Shown in pieces: positions 1-11,317 of a stretch of 32,977 bases of DNA. The notes under the pieces are model-generated. The model saw only the letters and a program-made list of their open reading frames with translations. It did no database searches and was not told where the DNA came from. The first letter of the stretch is position 1. Each line of letters begins with the position of its first letter. Made by a program: the position numbers and the translations under genes. Source of the stretch: Intoshia linei (Eukaryota; Animalia; Orthonectida); the NCBI GenBank assembly GCA_001642005.1, contig LWCA01000308.1, positions 1 to 32,977 of the forward strand, read 5' to 3'.

Positions 1-568
1 TTAATACTGTCAATCAAGGGTTTTTCTTTGATTCCCTTATTATAATAGTCTCTTATCTGGCTGTCAGCATGCTTTTTCCATCTGATTTTGGTAAGTAAGC
101 AATGCATAAACCCTCTTTGTATTTTTTAGTAATATTTTGAAATGCACATCGAGGAATACTAAAGGTTTTACTTATAAAACCCTGACTTTTTTCTTCCTTG
201 CATTAAGACACGGCATTATATCTTTTTTGTCACTTATTCGCGTCATTTACTAAACAAATAGTTATTTTTAATTTATAGATCATTAGTAATTCATTAAATT
301 TTTCGTTTTTATGGATATTTAATTAATTTTAATTAAAATTATCAAGGTGCCTAAGACTTATGTCGTCAATATTTTTAATATCGTAAACAAAACCGTATTA
401 AAATGTATCTTTTTATAAGCAGTTTATAACATCAGCAAGGTTATATATTAATAAAATCATTCTGTAATTAGTCTGATATATAATTTCAAGTTCAAGATTC
501 GCCTTATTAACTTTATAGTAGTTTTTAATGAGAATGTATAGGGTGCCTAAGACTTATATCGCGCACTG
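1..568 (-). mobile_element. Degenerate Tc1-like (IR/DR type) transposon end with transposase N-terminal remnant
   Basis: Terminus ...GCGCACTG (568) followed by TA. Direct repeat GGTGCCTAAGACTTAT(G/A)TCG at 346-365 and 542-561. Minus-strand translation of 1-100 gives PKSDGKSMLTAR*ETIIIRESKKNP, like the Tc1 GRPR..T.R.ER.I.R..KKNP region, with stops and frameshifts. Confidence 0.7.
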
Positions 569-752
569 TAAATAGTAAAGAAAGAGTCCATATGATAACT
601 GTTCTGACACAACTAGTATCACTTTCACATTTTATCGTTTTATGTTGATTTTTTTAAAAAAAGATTTCATTTTGATCGTTTTTTTTAAAATCACTTGAAA
701 TGTATACAAAAAACATTAAAAAAAATTATTTATCATCAAATGTTAACTAGAG

Positions 753-1123
753 CAGTGTTTCCCAACATTGTTTACTACATTACCCATATTATAGTACTTA
801 TTTTGATATTACCCACTATATTGTGTAACTGCATTTTAGATAGTCAAATTTTTAGAATAAGCCACATACACATAAATGTTTTAATAGTAAATTTTAATTA
901 AACTTTTTTAAAAAACTAATTTTACAAAATAGTAAAATAAAGGGGAAATTGTGTTTTTGACCCTGCAGGACCCAATGGGAAAAATTATATTTCATACGTT
1001 ACTGTGCATGGAACGCAAAAAAATAAAAAAATTCCTATTTTTTTAGAACAAATTTCGCGATTACCCATGAAAAATATCAAATTACCCACTCGTGGGTAAA
1101 TACCCACAGGTTGGGAATCACTG
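753..1123. mobile_element. hAT-type MITE
   Basis: TIRs CAGTGTTTCCCAAC (753) / GTTGGGAATCACTG (ends 1123), 13/14 match; internal TTACCCA repeats; 8-bp flanks only partly similar. Confidence 0.65.
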
Positions 1124-1425
1124 TACTACATATTAGTGTAGATGATTTAGTTTAGAGTCATAAATAAACCAACCCTTAAAGAAAAATTCCACTTTTACCA
1201 ATTACAACTTGACAAATCACTATTATTGCATATATGATATATTATAATTTACTACATGATCAATGATAATTGATAAAAAATTTTTGATAATGATGATTGA
1301 AAAAATTGATGTCATTCCCACATAATATCTTGTAAATTCACCCTCTAATTCGGAGAAAATGTTATGTTTTCTAGAAGAAATTAAATATCATGGAAAATAA
1401 ATGTAATCAATACTTAAATTGGATA

Positions 1426-1666
1426 TTAGCAAAATGCGAACCCTGTATATCATCGGTTTTTAATCAAATAGTTTTACATAAAAAAATTGAGATCGATAAA
1501 CCAATATTTATGATTTCGATGAATGATGAAATATGTTGCAGATAAAATACGTAGCTGTAACAGTTAAAATTCTCACGATAATTATAATTATAATCTTACG
1601 TTTCATTTCCAAATGATGTAGAATCTCGCAGCAATTCAAATGAAGACAATTCATGCATATCACAGC
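1426..1666 (-). CDS. Possible extra 3' exons of the FANCD2-like gene (or fragment of another gene)
   Basis: AG/GT-bounded open segments CDMHELSSFELLRDSTSFGNET / YVFYLQHISSFIEIINIGLSISIFL joined by a short gtaag...acag intron. I could not link them unambiguously to the upstream exons. Confidence 0.25.
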
Positions 1667-2052
1667 TAAATTTAAAAATAATGCAATGTGGCGCAAGAAG
1701 CAAATAATAATTTTTTTAAAATAAATCTCTTTAGATATTATTATTCAGTTAGCATTCTGCATCTATAAAAATATAGTACAACACACTGTTTCCAAATGCT
1801 GGTCCATGAAAAATTTTAACCGGTACGCGAAATAATATTGATACGTATTTTCTACGCATAAAATATGGCCACACTAATTAAATTATAAAGACTAAATTAA
1901 TAAAGAATTTCAATTTTACCCTAATTATAAAATCGTCAGATTTTACACGTATATAGCAAAAAATATTTGGCGGAGCCTTAGTGTCCTTTGCCCCAGTTTA
2001 AGAAACACTAATATACACCACACATAAAAACTACCAATAATAATACAAATGA

Positions 2053-5000
2053 TCATATTATTTCCAGCAAAAACTGTTTCATCGTGGATACCAAATTTTC
2101 GGTATACACATCTAGGAAATACTTTAAAGTTTAAACCATAAAAAAATATGTAAATTCATTAATATATTAAATCTAATTTCAAATAAAATTAATTTTTTTA
2201 TTACCCTCAAAACTATATCAACAATCTCAAAATTTAAACGTGCCCATCCATATGCGCCATTTTGGCTAAACCTTTTTAATGTTTTAAAATTTGAAATAAA
2301 TAATTTTTAAAATACAAATTTTTAATGTACTTGTAAATAAATTGTTTCAAAAAATTGAAAATGACATAAATCTTTTTTTGTGTATCCAGCAATGGCTCCT
2401 AAATGTGTAATATATAAAATCAGACCCATTTCAAATAGAAATTATAAAAAAACAACTAACCCCACCAAAAATACGTGAAACTAAAATTACCTTTTTCATA
2501 TAACTATCACCAATTCCAACAAAATACGTGAACACTTTTTTAACTTTATCAATGTCATTGAACATCTAAAATTAAATAAAAATAAATTGACAATACTACC
2601 ATATATAATATACATTGTATATGAAAGTTTTGATAAACGGCAGACTTAAATGTTTCAGAAAAAGTTAACGTTCAAATGACCAATAAATCAGATTTACCGA
2701 ATATTCTCAAAAAATCTGCATCAATTATATCATCAATAAATAAATACCGATTCATCGACTTCAACAAGCAAACTTCTTAGAACCATCATTTCCGCATTAT
2801 AAATATTCTAAATGAAAATGTCAAAAAATTAAAAAAAACAAATAAAAAAGCATACATTCATACGTTTAAGAATATAATTAATGCAATCAACATTCAATGG
2901 TCTATAAAATATAAAATACAAAAAATTAATAAATACTTGTAAATTAATTTGATACTATCAAAAAATTTAATATAATCAACAATAGAAACTTTGGCATCAC
3001 AATTTTTGGTTAAACTCAACGTAGTACAAGTATTTGGATTGACAATACTCGTATCCTGACTATTCTCCATTTCCAAAAACATGTGTTGAATACTTGTAAT
3101 TTTGGGTAACGAAATATAACAGCCATTCATAAATTTATGGTGTCCTTCAATAAAAGTTATTTTGTTATTATAATTTCCCCACAAGCAAAGCCACCTTTTT
3201 TCAAGAAAGTTAAATTTATTAATCAAAACTTGAATCGACTCGACATTGTCCATTTCATGAAAGTAGTTGATTAACTCTACATATATATTACTCAAAAAAA
3301 CCATATTTTCAATAGATAAAAGTTTTTCATTATATTTATCGGGGAATCCCGATATGGAATCAAATTCTTCGTTGTCAGAATGAGCCCTAACAATAATACC
3401 ATCAAAATCAAAATTTTTAGTGCATTTAATTTTTTGAAAGCTAAAACATTTCTTCATGGACAAGAAAAATTTAAATTTTGTAGCCAAACATATATTATGC
3501 GTGATAAAGATATTATCAACACTAGATTCAACAAAATAGTCAGTGGAATTATAAATTGTTAAACAGAGAGGATGTTTAGCATTGTCATTACTCGAAAAGA
3601 GTATATTTTCAACATAATTTGATTCATCGCATTCAGTAGACAAAAAGTTAACTTTCACGTAATTATCGACCATCCAATCCAATACAACCTTAGGAATGGT
3701 GTTGTCCATCATATCATTCAAAAAGTCTGAAAAATAGCCAAAAAAGCATATTGATAATGATAATCTATCATTAATATTATTGTTCATCAGGTTGAGAAAT
3801 CTAGTGTACCAAATAGGATCAAAATATACATTTGATTCATCTTGAAAGGAAATTATTGTTTTGATCACAACAAAAATTGTATATATAATCTTCATAACTT
3901 TGTGAGTGTGGACATATTTAATAGTGTTATTAAAGTAATCATAAAGAATTTTCCAATTGGCGGGTTCGTCTCGAAATAATAAAAGTTGTGTCATATTTTC
4001 AAATAATATTTTCAAGTGATTTTTTTCTAGGTAATCCAAATTTTCACACGTTTTCTTAATTTTTATAAAAAATTAAATGTAAACAGTATTATTAAAATTA
4101 ACATACCAACATGTTCCTGTAAAATAAAATTGTTTTATCACTGAATACAATCATATCAGATATAAAGTCAACAAATTTTTCCTTCATTATATTTTTTGGT
4201 TTTAATCGTAACAAATACAACCAATAGTCTACGAGTAACTAAAAGTATATTGTATTTTTATATATTTTAAATTCAAAACGTTAAAATCAGTTGGAGAAAG
4301 ACTCGGGTTGATATTCGCGTACAACAGTAAAAATATACTTCGTATAAGGTCATAGATATAAAATTTACAAGTTGTAAAATTGACACAACTTTGACAGCTA
4401 AGATTTCGTAAAATTAAAATGAAACTGAAACAATTCATCATTATTGGCTAAAAAATGTTATATAATATAATTTAAATATTAAAGCTAAGTTCTACTTGAC
4501 CAGTGCTTCCTAAAGTGGTCAATTAGAATACCAGGGTCCACCTATAGAAAAAATTGGTAATTTTAATTTATTTAACACTAAAATTTTTATTTATAATTAA
4601 TCTAAATACTGTAGGTCTCATAGAGTGATCAATTTTATCAATTATTAAATCATTGAAATGTACAAGTTTTGTTCATTCATTCAAAAAATTACTTAAAAAT
4701 GTTAGTAATTTTCTTTATTAGACAACACACTACAAAATAATTTTCCAATATAATGTCAAAAATAACACCAAATTTTATTTTGTTGTCACCATTTTCTTTT
4801 AATGCCATAATAGGGGTCCACAGCAAAAAAGAGTTTACATGGAAAATGCATCAAAAAAGAAATAGAAAAAAATATTTAATAATACAATTAATGTGATCAT
4901 TATGCGATATATCATTTTATTTCAAATTGAAAAATTTACCATCGAATTTTATTCAAGGGCATTAAAATATTTTAATGAAAAAGTTACATTTTCTAAACCT

Positions 5001-8000
5001 ATACATATTGTGCAATGCACAATGGCCACCTTTCTAAAATAACTTAATTTAAATTTTGTGGTTGCTTTATTCTGCAATGAAATATACCATTTTACGTCAA
5101 ATTGAAAAAATTTAAAGTTTAAAAAGTGTAAATCACATTTTATTCAAGGGCAATTTAAAATATTTTTATCAAAAAGTTCATTTCTGACTGTATCTACTTT
5201 CTCAACGTCAAAGTAAATTTTGTGCGGCCGTAGTATCAATGAGTAAAGTAGCTTTGCGGCTCAATTGGGGAAAAGGTTGTGCACCCTGCTCTAGAGTAAT
5301 TGATTTTTTGATACATAAATCTTAAAGTAGTGGTTTCCGATTGGGCCCCTGAACCCTCTGGGTCCAAAACTATAATTCTGGTTTGGTGTGTCAAATAAAA
5401 TATAATAAAGAAAATTTATCAACTTTTTTTACTGGACTACTTTTTTTTGAAAATTTAAATATGACAAAATTTCAATTTTAACTAAAGAAAAACGGTTCTA
5501 GTATATTCAACAAAACAATATCTAGGGCGATCTGAAAATTTAAAGCTAAAATGATTATAATGAGCCAATTATGGTAGCAAAGTGTTTAAAAGTTGAAAAT
5601 ATTAAAATAAATAATTTAAATATTTACTCAAAGGGCAACCAAAATTATTATGTGGGCCAATAGGTTGCTGACCCCTATTATACAACCACTAACATTATTA
5701 TTTCAAAATTCCTACTTTTATTCCACGATTAATAAAATTTAATAAAAAATATCATTTAAAACCCTCAGTCAAAAATCGACTTTTACCGATATTTTTTAAA
5801 AAAATCCACTTAATTCAACCACAATATAAAAAATACCAACCCTTAATGGAAAAATCCGATTTTATCGAATCTTATGAGTAACCACTTCTTAATCCAAAAC
5901 CCAAAACAATAAATCCTTTTTCCAAAATTCGGCAGGGCTTTTAAGTGATTTTTTTCACCCAATTCATAAAGATTTTGAAAATCCTTTAAAAACTAACAAA
6001 ATTTTAGTCAAAAAATTATCTTGAAACTATTTAAAAGATGGTAGAAAAGATAATATTTAATTATTTAATAATTGAATCAAAAAATTTTCATTTGAAGATA
6101 CCCACCAAAGTTTGGTCCAAACATCAATATGATTAATTAGCAGAATATATGATTAGGTCGCTCAAATAAATTTTCGCCACATACTTAGGGCTGTGGAGAG
6201 CCAGTAGTAGGCCGCCCATAAAATTTTTTTAGAAAATGGCAACTCTATACATTGCTTATTCCATCGGTCATTATATACAAATTAAAAATAACCGTTGGAA
6301 ATCGCATTGGCTATCGAAATTTTAGTATAATTAAGAAATTTTCACATATGTTTTATACATATTCATAAATTTTTTTTGTTATGTTTTTAAAATTATACAT
6401 ATTCATCAATTTAAAAAGTAAGCCCTCATGATTGTAGACGCGGGTCATATGGCCCTAGACCACTTCATTTCCATCTCCACTGCCCTGTGGGCACTTGATA
6501 CGTTCTAGGACTCAGTTTTTCATTTTATAAAATTTTTCGAAATATTGGGTAATTGTAAGGGTTTGACCATGAATATGTAAATTTCAGATAATAAAATTAA
6601 TGAGACAGCATCAAAAATGTATTATAAAATGGGTTTTTTAAATTCAGGGACATTTTTTTTTAATGAAAAAAATGAATTGTTTTTGACAGTAAAGCCTGAA
6701 TTTTCAAAGTGACATTTATCTTACTTTGTCCGTCTTTAAAAACTGTCCAAGAATTTGTTTATGTTAATGTGTTTGTTAAAATTCTGAAACGGTCGGTCAG
6801 TTTTTTAAATTATCTTTTTAACTTTTAAAAAGTGAAATTTTGTTTTAGTTCAATAAAAAATGCCCCAAACATAAAAATAAAAAAGTAAACCAATCGTAAA
6901 ATATTTTCATCATCAGAGTTAATCGCATCAATAATACGTTTGGCATAATATGGTGAAAGGGTTTTCAAAACATTAATAACTTTAGGATTTTGATTGAAAA
7001 CGAGACTATACAACAAAACCAGTGTAATATTTTCATTATATTCATGTGTCGCTGGATGTTGATTTGAATTATCAAATTTTGCAGAAAATGAAATTGAATC
7101 TTGAGAATCTTTGGACACTGAATCTGAAGTTTCTTCTGGATTATTTGATAGATACGATTTTAAACTCTATTAATAATATTAATAAGTTGGATAAAATTGA
7201 AAAAAATTAAATACAAGCAACAAAATTTTAACCTTTACAATGTAAATGGACATTCGACTGATTCTCTTGAGAAAGAATGAAATTGTATGGTACATTGATA
7301 AACTCATATTTAAATTATCCTGGGTACTAAAAATATTTAAATTTAATGGATTAATTAAAAATTGTTAAAGTATTAATTACTTGTATCTAGAAGTATCAAT
7401 AATTAGATTTTCAGATAATTTTGCATAAATCTGAAAAAACAAAATAAACAAAAAAATAGAAATAATTACATTAGAAAAATCTGAGTATTCGACAAATGAA
7501 AGATAATAATTTAAAATAATTCCAAGATGGCCATTTTGATTTACAATATCTTGCATAAAAGCCAGAGATTTGTTGGTAGTCTATAAAGTAAAATAATTAA
7601 AAAATATAAAGTAAATGAAAGCTCACCAAACTAAAAAATACACTGTAAATTACAATTTTTATAAACAAAATATATTTTTGATACCAATATAATCATATAT
7701 TTTTCCAATTCTAATCTTTGTAAATTCAAATAAACTTGAGAAATAAATCTGTGTTTCTTTTTGACTTCAATTAAATCACTGGCAAATAAACAAATTTACA
7801 AAATTTTCAAATTTTTTTAAAAAATAAAAATAATCATACATCATTACTCTCGCCACGTCCCAATGAAAATCAACGGGAGCTATATGCGTCACAAGATCAA
7901 TTAATACGACTTCTAATTCAATGTAATCAATATTCTTCGTCAACTCTACTAATTTTGGATATATTGAACACTAAATTAAAAATAAATAATTTGACAAGTA

Positions 8001-11000
8001 AAAATTACATCATCGTCAATAAATGTAGAATTTTTCAATTGATAAATAGCGTTAAATAATAAATTTTTGGTCATATCATTAAGTTGACTAAATTAAACAT
8101 CAGATTAAATCAATAATTTAAAGTTACGCAAGATTTTCCAAGTCTCTCATAACATATTCCATCATTACTTCAAAAACATGAGTCTAAAATTTAGTGAAAT
8201 TATCACTAAATAAATACCTTGATACTTTTTATACGCAAAAGCATATATAATACACTATGTCTAGAGTTTTCTCGGTTGCTAAAAAATTTTAGACAAAAAA
8301 TTTACGTACATATCATTAAAATTTAAAAAATACTTTTCCAAGTTTATGCTCATAGGTAAAGGTGTAACAATGTATCGGCGACTAAAGAACATTAAATTAA
8401 AATTTTTTTAGACATTATAATTACTAATCTGGTCCAAGCAATGAATTGATTTCCAATTTATATGCACCCAAAGCTACCTAAAAAAAATTTACAAAAATGC
8501 ATGTCAGTATCAAGTCGATGTAAATAGTCAGCACCACATAAGACATTAAAATGAGTTAAATCTTCAATTAATTTTGTTTGATTTGTTATACAGGATTGAT
8601 CATATTATTATAATAATTTTTTATATATTCATTTCATGGCTATATACATTTTATTAATTAAACCACAATATTAATTTTAAGATACAAACAACTGTTGAAT
8701 TATACTACATCAAATAAAAAAGTTGAACATATTTATAATTGTAAAATGATTATTAAATCACCGTTTAAATAATATAGGTAAAAAATTGCGTATGTTCTAT
8801 GTAATTCTATGTACGTAGAAATGTATGAGATGAAAAGTTAAGTTTAAATATCACTTATAATACCGTTATCTATCGTGTGAAATATTTTTAAATTTAAAAT
8901 TGAAAAATTTAATACGAGTAAAAGGCAAGATATTCCCTTCGATACTAAGAAATATATATTGAACCTTCTACATAATTCAGATTAAAACCAAAAAAAATTA
9001 CTAATTTATTTTGTGTGTCTCAAACGACTGTTTCATTTATAAAAAAAAAATTTACAAATGATCCTCAAATTTTTGGTTTAAATCGAAAAAAGTCTGGTAG
9101 GAAAAAGTTCACAAGCGAAAGAAATGACAGAATAATTGTCAAAACAGCAATTGAAAAGCAAAAATCGAGCACCATCTCATTATTACCTATTTAAAGCTAT
9201 GAGTAACCATTACTATGGTAAAAATTACACTTCAAATGAATGGTTAAAATTGGACATAGAAAAGTTTTTGTCCAATAAAGAAGCGAGTTTTTATGCTAAT
9301 AGTATAAATAGACTACCGGAACGTTGGAAAAAGACTGTGGAAAGCAATGGTGAATATTATAATATAACTTTATTTTTAATGTAATCAAATAAACTTTTTA
9401 ATTTTGTTAAAAAAACAACAAAACTTATGAAACGACCTAATATATTAAAAAAAATATATAAATGTACGGGTCAAGTCAAATGAAGCATTTAGACCAGATT
9501 GTATCAAAAAAAAACAGTAAAATTTGTAACCATGTAAGGTTATGATTTGGAAGCTATATCTGTTATAGGTATTAGCAAAATACAGATTGTGGAAGGTATA
9601 ATGGACCAAAAAGTTTACAAGTATTTTTAAATGAAATAACTGAATGGAATACAAATGGAGGATTTGTATTCCAGCAAGATTCAGCTTCTTGACACAAATC
9701 TAAATCCATCACTTCTATTTTGAAAATAAGGGTATTTCTGTCCTGGAAATTTGCCAAACATGAATCCTATATAAATTTTGTGGTCGAAATTAAAAGATGA
9801 GGTCCACCAGATAGAAATTAGAACAAAATCTGAATTGATTGATGGCATCAATTTTTTGTCTAGACTCTATAGCAATTCATCTACAATCAAAGAACTATCG
9901 AAAAGTCTTATAAATTCAGTGCCTCGCAGAATTAAATACCTAATCACCATTTTTACATTTCACTTTTTTTAACCCAATTTTTAAGTTAATTTTGAAACCC
10001 AAATTTTATAGGGTTTTAAAGGTAATCTTTAACTCGATTTTGAAGGTTTTATAGGGAATTTTTTACCCCAATTTTTAAGGTTTTGAAGATAATTTTGGGA
10101 CCAAAATTTGTTAGAGTTTTTAAGGTAAGTTTTTTTTTACCCAATTTTTAAGATTTTGAAGATAATTTTGGGACCAAAACTTGTTAAAGTTTTTAATTTT
10201 TAACCCAATTTTTAAGATAATTTTGAAAACCAAATTTGGTAGGGTTTTAAGGGGAATCTTTAACTCAATTTTATAAGGTCTTAAAATGATTTTTTCGCTC
10301 AATTTTTAAGATTTTGAATATAATTTTGGGAACTAAATTTGTTAGGGTTTTTAAGGGGTTTTTTCGCTCAATTTTTAAGGTTTTGAATATAATTTTGGGA
10401 CTCAAATGTTGTAGGGTTTTTAAGGCAATTTTTTTAAAAAAATAAATTCTGAACAGTACTATTTAAGATTGACAAGTTACTGAAATATACATGTCCATTA
10501 TAGACAAATAAAATGTAATATAATAAAAATTGCCTCATCAGCATTAGCCATAATATAAGATAAACGACTATCTAATGTCATCCACATTTCAGCTGTATAT
10601 ACCCAATTATCAGTATTTTCACCTGGACGAGCCAGCGGCAAATGAAAAACGTCATGATCTTCAAATATACTCATTAAATTTTCATATGGAGGATCTGATC
10701 GTGGCTTTTTGCGTCCTCTCTCTCTACCTATATAACAGATGAATATTACACATTCAAGTTGAATGATTCAACCATTATTTTAAAATGTGATAAAATGTAA
10801 AAACAAACTAAAAAAGCACTCAAAAACACAAAATTTATAAAAAATATTCATAATTAAAAATAAACCAAATCATAAGATAATTATTATTGATCATGACTCA
10901 TGTGTCAGAACGTTTAGGACTCGACAAGAATTATTATATAAAAAATAGAAAAACACAAAATAAAGTTGAAAAAAATAACTAAAAATTTAAAAATTCACAA

Positions 11001-11160
11001 GTACAAAAAATGTACATTACATTGTAACGATAAAAATTTCATTTTATGAGTTATAAACCCGATTACGTTACTAACACAAATGCATACCATTAGACTTGAC
11101 AACTTCTACTGATTCTCCAGAAGTTTCACTATCATATCGATTTGCGTCACTGTCAGCCAT
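2053..11160 (-). CDS. FANCD2: Highly divergent Fanconi anemia group D2-like protein (multi-exon, roughly 1050-1150 aa, 3' end uncertain)
   Basis: Phase-consistent exons 11160-11088, 10727-10534, 8477-8425, 8381-8334, 8278-8218, 8183-8128, 8087-8009, 7970-7840, 7778-7685, 7580-7470, 7430-7381, 7326-7233, 7166-6891, 4447-4280, 4238-4107, 4054-2937, 2901-2856, then small exons from 2807 to ~2053. Colinear resemblance to remembered human FANCD2 segments: SVLYMLLRIKSIK~SLIKLLLGIDILQ; AIYQLK..HWDVARVM~IVSQLK..HADVGKEL; NLDYLEKNHLKILF~YLDNISPQQIRKLF; IPKVVLDWM~LDPKALEWV; ICLATKFKFF~LCLAPYFRLL; NIYVELINYF~NWFREIVNAF. Confidence 0.65.
5701..5990. repeat. Dispersed degenerate AT-rich repeat (related copy at ~11750-12030)
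   Basis: taataaaatttaat.aaaaata.catt..aa.ccctca...aaaaat.gactt..accgatatt..tt.aaaaatcc is shared between 5730-5810 and 11771-11850; internally repetitive. Confidence 0.55.
6186..6487. mobile_element. hAT-like MITE (partial second copy at ~22959-23110)
   Basis: TIRs TAGGGCTGTGGAGA / TCTCCACTGCCCTG. The interior cagtagtaggcc..cata.aatt.ttt..agaa.tggc...tatacattg.tta.tcca recurs at 23040-23100. Confidence 0.5.
8900..9945 (+). mobile_element. Decayed Tc1-family transposase in intron 2 of the FANCD2-like gene
   Basis: N-terminal HTH-like VSQTTVSFIKKKF..RKKSGRKKFTSERNDRIIVK (9015-9143); catalytic remnants GFVFQQDSAS*HKSK (~9660) and LWSKLK..KSEL..LINSVPRRI (9778-9935); stops and frameshifts. Confidence 0.75.
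9160..9441 (+). mobile_element. Mariner-family transposase C-terminal fragment plus right TIR
   Basis: APSHYYLFKAM..FYANSINRLPERWKKTVESNGEYY resembles the mariner C-terminus (APSDYHLF..LPERW....NGEY); ends in AAAACTTATGAAACGACCTAA followed by TA. Confidence 0.8.
9960..10432. repeat. Degenerate tandem minisatellite (~60-65 bp units built from ~20-30 bp subunits)
   Basis: Recurring tttt.acccaatttttaaggttttgaagataattttgggaccaaaatttgttagggtttttaagg; similar units at 26810-26940. Confidence 0.8.
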
Positions 11161-11317
11161 ATTTAAATTCCGCCAAAAAGTTTAAATTAACCAAAAGAAT
11201 TTAATAAATGAAATTAATTAACATGGAAATGTTATCTAATAATTTATAGTAATGAAATACTACATAAACTTGACAACATAAATTGAACGTAAATTCAATA
11301 AATAATATCAACAAAAC
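11161..11317. promoter_or_regulatory. Putative bidirectional promoter between FANCD2-like and COPE
   Basis: 157 bp between divergent ATGs (11160 on -, 11318 on +); TTCCGCCAAAA at 11168-11178. Confidence 0.5.

Noticed and set aside
695-901. 68-aa ORF (likewise ORFs at 12102, 19834, 30103, 30486)
   Set aside because: They lie inside MITEs or repeats and have low-complexity composition without recognisable motifs.
3960-4039. YLEKNHLKILFENMTQLLL resembling an RIIa/Dpy-30 docking domain at an ORF start
   Set aside because: The ORF start is a TTG inside an internal exon (acceptor at 4055); the segment aligns better within FANCD2.
10120-10302. 60-aa K/I/L-rich ORF
   Set aside because: Translation of the minisatellite.
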